A DNA stretch of 5,277 nucleotides from Octopus vulgaris (Eukaryota). Below the pieces are notes generated by a model. That model saw only the letters and a list, made by a program, of their open reading frames with translations, ran no database searches and was not told the DNA's origin. The stretch is taken from positions 1 to 5,277 of the forward strand of contig CATOCA020000106.1 in NCBI GenBank assembly GCA_951406725.2. The letters are read 5' to 3'. Position 1 is the first letter of the stretch. Every line of letters begins with the position of its first letter. Positions 1 through 5,277 of the stretch are shown piece by piece. A program made the translations under genes and the position numbers.

Positions 1-127
1 AACTGAAGGGTCGTTCTTTATGTTACTTGTCTTGTTTTCCATTTGTTTCTTTCGTTGTTCGCAAAAAAGATTCGTATTCCATGTTTTCGTATTTCATGTT
101 ATTTACGTTTTATGACGTCCTGCACCA

Positions 128-174
128 ATACATGCATATATATGTAAGTATGTACACATATGTATGTATATATG
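128..174. repeat. Degenerate TA/TATG simple repeat at the SINE 3' flank
   Basis: atacatgcatatatatgtaagtatgtacacatatgtatgtatatatg, almost entirely alternating purine/pyrimidine. Confidence 0.7.
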
Positions 175-545
<371 letters not shown>

Positions 546-589
546 AAAAAATGAAGTTCGAAAATGCTGCTGTATTATACAATTTTTAA

Positions 590-660
590 TTTTTATATAT
601 ACATTATAACATGTTTCAGTTCCTGAAATGAACCTTATCAAAAAAAGTTATATATAAAAA
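590..660 (-). ncRNA. Putative minimal type I hammerhead ribozyme (variant core) at the PLE 3' end
   Basis: Minus strand reads TTTTTATATATA-ACTTTTT-TTGATAA-GGTTC-ATTTCAG-GAACT-GAAA-CATG-TT-ATAATG-TATATATAAAAA. Core UUGAUAA (641-635), 5-bp helix II, GAAA (617-614), palindromic ACATGT, NUH triplet GUU (610-608), all enclosed by a perfect 12-bp inverted repeat (590-601/649-660). The proximal part of helix I is imperfect. Confidence 0.65.
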
Positions 661-726
661 GAGACAGCTCATGCCGTCAAACACAAGAAATTCATTTATA
701 ATACACAACGGAGTCAGACATCTTAG

Positions 727-774
727 AGTTCATGTATAGTTGATATATAGTTCATGTATAGTTGATATATAGTT
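727..774. repeat. Perfect 22-bp tandem duplication (agttcatgtatagttgatatat x2 plus agtt)
   Basis: 727-748 is identical to 749-770. Confidence 0.95.
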
Positions 775-996
775 TGAAGTATATGTTCAAAGTGTTCGAT
801 GCAGTGGCCCACGGTGGCGATACGTATTCAATACAAAAAACAGATCAAAGTGGTGGAAAGCGGTCAATACAGAAGATTGATGTTTCCGAAAGAGCGAGGA
901 ATTCATTTTTACCTTAAGCAATTGTGATGACCCATGGTGGAAGTTCGCTGGGTGGTTCTAGTGAGTTTTTGTGAAATGCTCGGTTTTATAATGCCT

Positions 997-1355
997 GTTA
1001 GGTGGTCAATCTAGCGTAGCGTGACGTCATCAATGTTTTGACCAATCGTTTCGTTAGGTGGCTTTAATCAAGTGGAACGGGACGTCATCATTATTTTGAC
1101 CAATCGCTGCATTATAACTCCCTCTTGTTTGTTTCCTGTCTTGACCAGTCGCTTCGTTAGTCAAGCATAGCGGGACGTCATCCAGATTCTGCCCAATCAC
1201 GACTTATAGCTACATTAGATCTGCCCCCTGTCTGTACTTGTTAGGTGACTATTCAAGCAGAAAAGGACGTCATCAATATTCTGACTAATGACTGTCCCCT
1301 GTTTGTATCCTGTCCATTCTAGCAGAGCTAGACGTCATCAACTTGTTGACCAATC
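997..1355. promoter_or_regulatory. Degenerate array of five GACGTCATC...CCAAT modules (CRE/ATF-like plus NF-Y-like sites) in the PLE 3' UTR
   Basis: GACGTCA starts at 1023, 1081, 1174, 1266 and 1331. CCAAT starts at 1042, 1100, 1193, 1285 (as CTAAT) and 1350, always 19 bp later. The repeat is directly seen; regulatory function is inferred. Confidence 0.6.
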
Positions 1356-1522
1356 AGAATCGGGTCTGACCCTTAGCTGTATCGTATGTATCAGGGTCAG
1401 ATTTGCACGAAAGAATTTTTTTCCTTTTTTACTAAGGCATATTTCCGTCAGAGTGAGTGTCTGTTTGAAGTAGCGGCCGTGGTGAAATTTGGTTCTCCTT
1501 TTCGGAGGACTTATCTTTTGTT

Positions 1523-3820
1523 TTAGTATTCCTGGCCCAGGGTGTTTAAACTTGGTCTAAATTTTTTTATGAAATATAGTTCTTTATTTTGGCGTTGTGT
1601 GAAGGTTGCGTTGTCACTGAATTTATAGAGCGGGTTAGTTGTAAATTTCGGATTTACATTTCCAGCACATCTATCTATGTGTCCGCTGACCGGTATTTTG
1701 CGGTAATCAGGGTTTCTAATTTGTGATTTATGCACCGCCATCCTGTTACGTAAGCTATTTTTTGTATGGCCTATATACTGCCTATTGCAGCCTGCGCATG
1801 TTATGACGTAAATTAAGTTTTCTGATGCGCAGGTGAAGTTTGTTCTAATGGTGAACTGGTGGCCTTGTTCCAGTATAAATTCTGATCCTTCTTTCAAGAT
1901 GACACAGATTCCGCAGTTGGGCCTTCCACATTTTCTAACTGCTGGTTTTGTGGTTGATGTTGAGTGCAGTGTAGCTTGGGTTAAAATCCTTTTCAAGGAT
2001 TTTGGTTGCCGTTTACTTTTAATGATGGTGTGTGTTTCGAGGATCCGGTTCATCTTTGGGTCTCCCTTTAGTAGGGCTGTGCTTTGTAGTATGGTGTTGA
2101 AGGCCTCATTGTTGAGTGGGTTGTGTGTAGAGATGTAGGGAAGGGTTTTTAATTGTTCTTTCTTTTTTGGTTTTGTTTGTCTCAGGTCTTCTATACTTAA
2201 TTTAAGTACCCGTTGGATTGCACTGTCTATTAGGGGCTGTGGATAGTTTCTATTTGTGAGTGTGGTTCTAAGTTCCTGGAGACGTGTGTGTCGGGTGTTT
2301 GTGTCTGATATTATGGTGCAAATCCTTCTAGCTAAACAAAAAGGGACATTCATTCTAGTGTGTCGTGGGTGGCATGAATCAAAGGGTAGGTACTGTTTAG
2401 AGTCTGTCGGTTTATAGTAGATATCTGTCTCTATTTTGTTGCCGGTTTTCTTAATGAGGATGTCTAAAAATGGTAATTCTTTTTCGTTGTGGTCCATCGT
2501 GAATTGTATATTGTCATTTATTCCATTTAATAGAATTTTAAATTCCTCAAGTTTCTCTATGCCTTTGTCCCAGATGATGAAACAGTCATCGAGGTATCTT
2601 TTCCAGTTGTTATGGATATAGGTGGCGAAGGTGTTTCCATATTTCTCGAGTGTCATCCGGTATAGTATTTTCTCGAGGTATCCCATCACTAGGTTGGCAA
2701 AAGATGGTGCAGTACGCGTGCCCATCGCTGTTCCCGATCTTTGCCTGTAGAAATCATTGTCAAAAATAAAATAATTGTTCTCTAAAATGAATCTAAGTCC
2801 TTCTATTATAAGGTCTTTGTTTATGCGAGTTGGGAGTTCAAAGGGGTAGTTATTCAGCCAGAAGGTGATTGCTTCTATTCCTAGGTTGTGAGGGATGTTA
2901 GAATAAAGATTAACTACGTCGAATGATACTAGAAGGGTTTTCTCATTGACTGTTTTAGGGAGGTGGTTGAGCATATCTATATCGTCTCTTACGTAGCTTT
3001 TGATGTGTTTTAGGAAAGGTTTAAGAAGTGTGTCTAAGAAATTGCTGAGGCGGTGAGTTTCACATGCTGGCCCTGCTATTATCGGTCTTAGTTTAAGATC
3101 ATTTGGTGAAGGGATTTTGATGAGTGTGTCGGTGGATGTTTTGCACGTTTCTCTAATGGTTTGGCTTTTGTGTACCTTAGGGATACCATAGAACAAACTC
3201 GATTTGCATTTGAAGTTAGTGATGTATTCATACTCCTTGTTCGTGAGTCCTTCTTGGTATGTGTTGATTAATGTCCTAAGGTTATGCATTATTTTTTGCT
3301 GGTTATACTGTTGGGCCCTTTCATAATACGTTTCATCTCTTAATAGGGATAGCACTAAATTTTTATAATTGTTTGTATTCATTATTACTATCGCGTTGCC
3401 CTTATCTGCCTCCTTAATTGTTATTGTTTTGTCTTCTCTTAGTTTGATGAGGTCGTTCCATTCTCTTTTGTTGAAGTTAGGGCTGTGTTTTTGTTTCTTG
3501 ATGAATTGAAACGGGAAATTAGTTATGTAGTCACAATAGCGGTCTAAGGCTTTATTCTTACCTTTGGTGGGGGTGTAATTGCTCTTGTTTCTAGCTATTG
3601 AGTCCTCCTCTATTTGTTTGTCTTGAAATGCCTCGGTGAGTCTTAGTTTTCTGCAAAATTCCGAAATATCATCTTTCATTTCATAATAATTAGAACGTTG
3701 TGGGGTGGGTGTAAATTTAAGTCCTTTGGAGAGTATGCTTATTTCGTTAGGTGTAAGTTCTTTGTTTGAGAGATTGATTATCTTAATTACCTGAGGTTTC
3801 TTTTGTTTGTCCTTTGCCAT
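1523..3820 (-). CDS. PLE polyprotein: reverse transcriptase + GIY-YIG endonuclease (765 aa, uninterrupted)
   Basis: Motifs in order: IINLS, LSKGLKFTPTP, ADKG (DKG at 3398-3406), YGIPKVHK, LRPII, FDVVNLYSNIP, GTAMGT..APSFANL, catalytic YLDD (2585-2596), LPFLD, YYKPT, SCHP, linker CGRPNCGIC (1904-1930), LIY-VITCAGCNRQ-YIG (1769-1816), R...H and H..C downstream, terminal E..FI..F.PSLN. The ATG has A at -3 and G at +4. Confidence 0.97.
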   Translation of the reverse strand: MAKDKQKKPQVIKIINLSNKELTPNEISILSKGLKFTPTPQRSNYYEMKDDISEFCRKLRLTEAFQDKQIEEDSIARNKSNYTPTKGKNKALDRYCDYITNFPFQFIKKQKHSPNFNKREWNDLIKLREDKTITIKEADKGNAIVIMNTNNYKNLVLSLLRDETYYERAQQYNQQKIMHNLRTLINTYQEGLTNKEYEYITNFKCKSSLFYGIPKVHKSQTIRETCKTSTDTLIKIPSPNDLKLRPIIAGPACETHRLSNFLDTLLKPFLKHIKSYVRDDIDMLNHLPKTVNEKTLLVSFDVVNLYSNIPHNLGIEAITFWLNNYPFELPTRINKDLIIEGLRFILENNYFIFDNDFYRQRSGTAMGTRTAPSFANLVMGYLEKILYRMTLEKYGNTFATYIHNNWKRYLDDCFIIWDKGIEKLEEFKILLNGINDNIQFTMDHNEKELPFLDILIKKTGNKIETDIYYKPTDSKQYLPFDSCHPRHTRMNVPFCLARRICTIISDTNTRHTRLQELRTTLTNRNYPQPLIDSAIQRVLKLSIEDLRQTKPKKKEQLKTLPYISTHNPLNNEAFNTILQSTALLKGDPKMNRILETHTIIKSKRQPKSLKRILTQATLHSTSTTKPAVRKCGRPNCGICVILKEGSEFILEQGHQFTIRTNFTCASENLIYVITCAGCNRQYIGHTKNSLRNRMAVHKSQIRNPDYRKIPVSGHIDRCAGNVNPKFTTNPLYKFSDNATFTQRQNKELYFIKKFRPSLNTLGQEY

Positions 3821-4983
3821 CGTGTGTCCCTGTTCCTGTGTGTGGGGTCTAAAAAATGGTTGGTGTAGTTATGTTCAAAGCTATTATTTATCTGTCTCAT
3901 GTTGTTATAATTGTCAGAGTGAGTTTGTGGTGCTCTGTTCTGGAGTCTGTTGTTGAACCTAGTGTTACGTCTTAGTTCCTCAGGTGTATTGTGTTGGTAG
4001 TTGTTTCCTCCGTAGTGCATTTGTTGTTTGTTATGGTTGTATGGTTGGTTCCTGGGGTGGATGTTTGGTAGTAGCGTTTTGGTTTGGTTATGTGGGTTGT
4101 ATTTTATAGTATTGTATGTTGTGGCTCTTAGGTTCGTGGAATGGTGTGGTGGGACCCTATAAGTGTTTTGGGGTTGGTGTAGGTAGTGTGGGGTGCGTTT
4201 TAAATGCATTTTTCTGGTGTAGAGTGTGTTTGGATTTCTTGGTGGTTGTTCTGCTCTGTTGGTATGTCTATTTTCGAACTGGTGTGGTGGGCCTCTGTAG
4301 GTGTTTTGGGGTTGGTGTAGGTAGTGTGGGGTGTGTTTTAGGTGTACTTTTCTGGTGTAGAGTGTGGTAGGATTTCTTGGTGGTTGTTCCGTTCTATTGG
4401 TATTTGGTTTTGATTTGCTTAATTTTATGAAGGGGTTGTTGGATATGTGTTCATTTTTGAAGTTGGTTTCATAATCTAGAAACCAGATGGCGCTCTTTTC
4501 CCATCGTTGGAGGGACTTAAGTTCCTCTTTTTCACATTCTTCATTCCATAGTGCTGTTAATGTTTCAGTATTGTTGTCGTCTATTAGTTTGATGACTTCT
4601 TCGTTGATTTCCTCGTCTATGGTTTTTACTTTTTCTTCATTCGTTTTAGCTCTCAGCTTAAGTAGTTCTATTTCCATCTTCATTTTTTCTAATGACATTT
4701 TTTCTCTAAGTTTTCTTTGTTCTTCTGGTTCTTCCGAGATGGGTTTGATTTGTAATTTACGGGGTATGACTAGGGGTGTTGAGTCTAGCCATTTTTGGTA
4801 AATCTCTGCTTTATTCTGATTTTGTATCATTTTCCAAAAAGCGAATTTTCTGTTTCGCTGTAGTGTTCTCCATTGGGGGAGGACTTGGTTCTTTATTTGT
4901 AATGTTGAAGTTGCTCGGTTCTTCTCATGTGTTCCTTCTTTTTGTTGCTCTTGTTTCGTAAAGTTTGTGAAGAATGTCGTCAT
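3787..4983 (-). CDS. Upstream ORF1 of the PLE, 398 aa, unknown function: charged helical/coiled-coil N-half and low-complexity N/H/Q/P/T/R-rich C-half with a 46-aa duplication
   Basis: 1.2 kb open frame in AT-rich DNA, same strand and base bias as the RT ORF, overlapping it by 34 nt. E/K-rich heptad-like segment EEQRKLREKMSLEKMKMEIELLKLRAKTNEEKVKTIDEEINEEVIKLI. The start codon abuts the microsatellite, so the true start is uncertain. Confidence 0.8.
   Translation of the reverse strand: MTTFFTNFTKQEQQKEGTHEKNRATSTLQIKNQVLPQWRTLQRNRKFAFWKMIQNQNKAEIYQKWLDSTPLVIPRKLQIKPISEEPEEQRKLREKMSLEKMKMEIELLKLRAKTNEEKVKTIDEEINEEVIKLIDDNNTETLTALWNEECEKEELKSLQRWEKSAIWFLDYETNFKNEHISNNPFIKLSKSKPNTNRTEQPPRNPTTLYTRKVHLKHTPHYLHQPQNTYRGPPHQFENRHTNRAEQPPRNPNTLYTRKMHLKRTPHYLHQPQNTYRVPPHHSTNLRATTYNTIKYNPHNQTKTLLPNIHPRNQPYNHNKQQMHYGGNNYQHNTPEELRRNTRFNNRLQNRAPQTHSDNYNNMRQINNSFEHNYTNHFLDPTHRNRDTRWQRTNKRNLR
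3850..3856 (-). other. Candidate -1 ribosomal frameshift slippery heptamer U UUU UUA (also reads as part of a TTTTTTAG splice-acceptor-like site)
   Basis: ORF1 codons CAT TTT TTA (H-F-L) put the heptamer in the correct X XXY YYZ phase. The -1 frame is the RT frame and is open from 3868 to the ATG at 3820. Confidence 0.55.
4142..4403 (-). repeat. In-frame tandem duplication, period 138 bp (46 aa), inside ORF1
   Basis: 4142-4265 matches 4280-4403 (for example ggatttcttggtggttgttc at 4232 and 4370). Protein TNRTEQPPRNPTTLYTRKVHLKHTPHYLHQPQNTYRGPPH versus TNRAEQPPRNPNTLYTRKMHLKRTPHYLHQPQNTYRVPPH. Confidence 0.97.
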
Positions 4984-4985
4984 TG

Positions 4986-5004
4986 TATATATTTATACAT
5001 ATAT

Positions 5005-5065
<61 letters not shown>

Positions 5066-5068
5066 CAC

Positions 5069-5132
<64 letters not shown>

Positions 5133-5140
5133 GCACACAT
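4986..5140. repeat. Compound microsatellite: degenerate TA/TG, (TA)23 at 5014-5059, (AC)27 at 5071-5124
   Basis: Read directly from the sequence. Confidence 0.98.
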
Positions 5141-5277
5141 AATATCAGCATTGAATTTCAAAATTAATTAAATTATATGTATATCAATCATTATTCGTTA
5201 TAGAAAAAAAGAAAAATTAATGTAGTATGGATCAAAGTATACCACCTTTCTCTCGCTATCTTTCCCATCCAAATTCT

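Noticed and set aside
585-590. ATTAAA on the minus strand as a poly(A) signal
   Set aside because: The position is plausible, but the hexamer is common in AT-rich DNA and no poly(A) tail is present.
997-1355. Repeat array as CRISPR or as tandem hammerheads (TGATGA on the minus strand)
   Set aside because: Eukaryotic context, degenerate repeats with irregular spacing and no cas genes. The TGATGA copies lack C3 and a properly paired helix II followed by GAAA; the one nearby GAAAC (1052-1048) does not close a valid fold.
1288-1473. 61-aa plus-strand ORF in the 3' UTR
   Set aside because: Short, with no motif, and overlapping the regulatory-like repeats; the length is expected by chance.
1340-1520. 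SECIS element (some PLEs encode selenoproteins)
   Set aside because: No in-frame UGA in either ORF, and the 1365-1401 hairpin lacks the AUGA/GA quartet.
1833-4961. Plus-strand ORFs 1833-2138, 2436-2621, 4116-4370, 4487-4801 and 4776-4961
   Set aside because: Short antisense shadows of the real minus-strand ORFs, with no recognisable motifs.
4927-5171. Three short ORFs with (YI)n/(HT)n translations
   Set aside because: Artefacts of the (TA)n and (AC)n tracts.
5141-5277. Right-hand AT-rich flank as further element sequence or 5' UTR
   Set aside because: No ORF, motif or match to the rest of the window; it cannot be assigned without a search.

Overview
Eukaryotic, AT-rich repeat DNA, probably from an octopus or other cephalopod judging by the SINE (inference). 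The main feature is a ~4.44 kb Penelope-like retroelement (PLE) on the minus strand (~542-4984), flanked on both sides by (TA)n microsatellite. It carries an intact 765-aa ORF with a DKG motif, reverse transcriptase, Cys linker and C-terminal GIY-YIG endonuclease. An upstream 398-aa ORF (coiled coil plus a duplicated 46-aa Pro/His/Thr-rich repeat) overlaps the RT ORF, which lies in the -1 frame, and an in-phase U UUU UUA slippery heptamer sits at the junction. The ~1 kb 3' UTR holds five CRE-like/CCAAT modules at an invariant 19-bp offset. Near its 3' end is a minimal hammerhead-ribozyme-like motif with a U3-A8 variant core and a palindromic helix III loop. A co-oriented tRNA-derived SINE (175-393) lies just beyond the left (TA)73 tract. 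The short ORFs over the microsatellites and antisense to the element are spurious.
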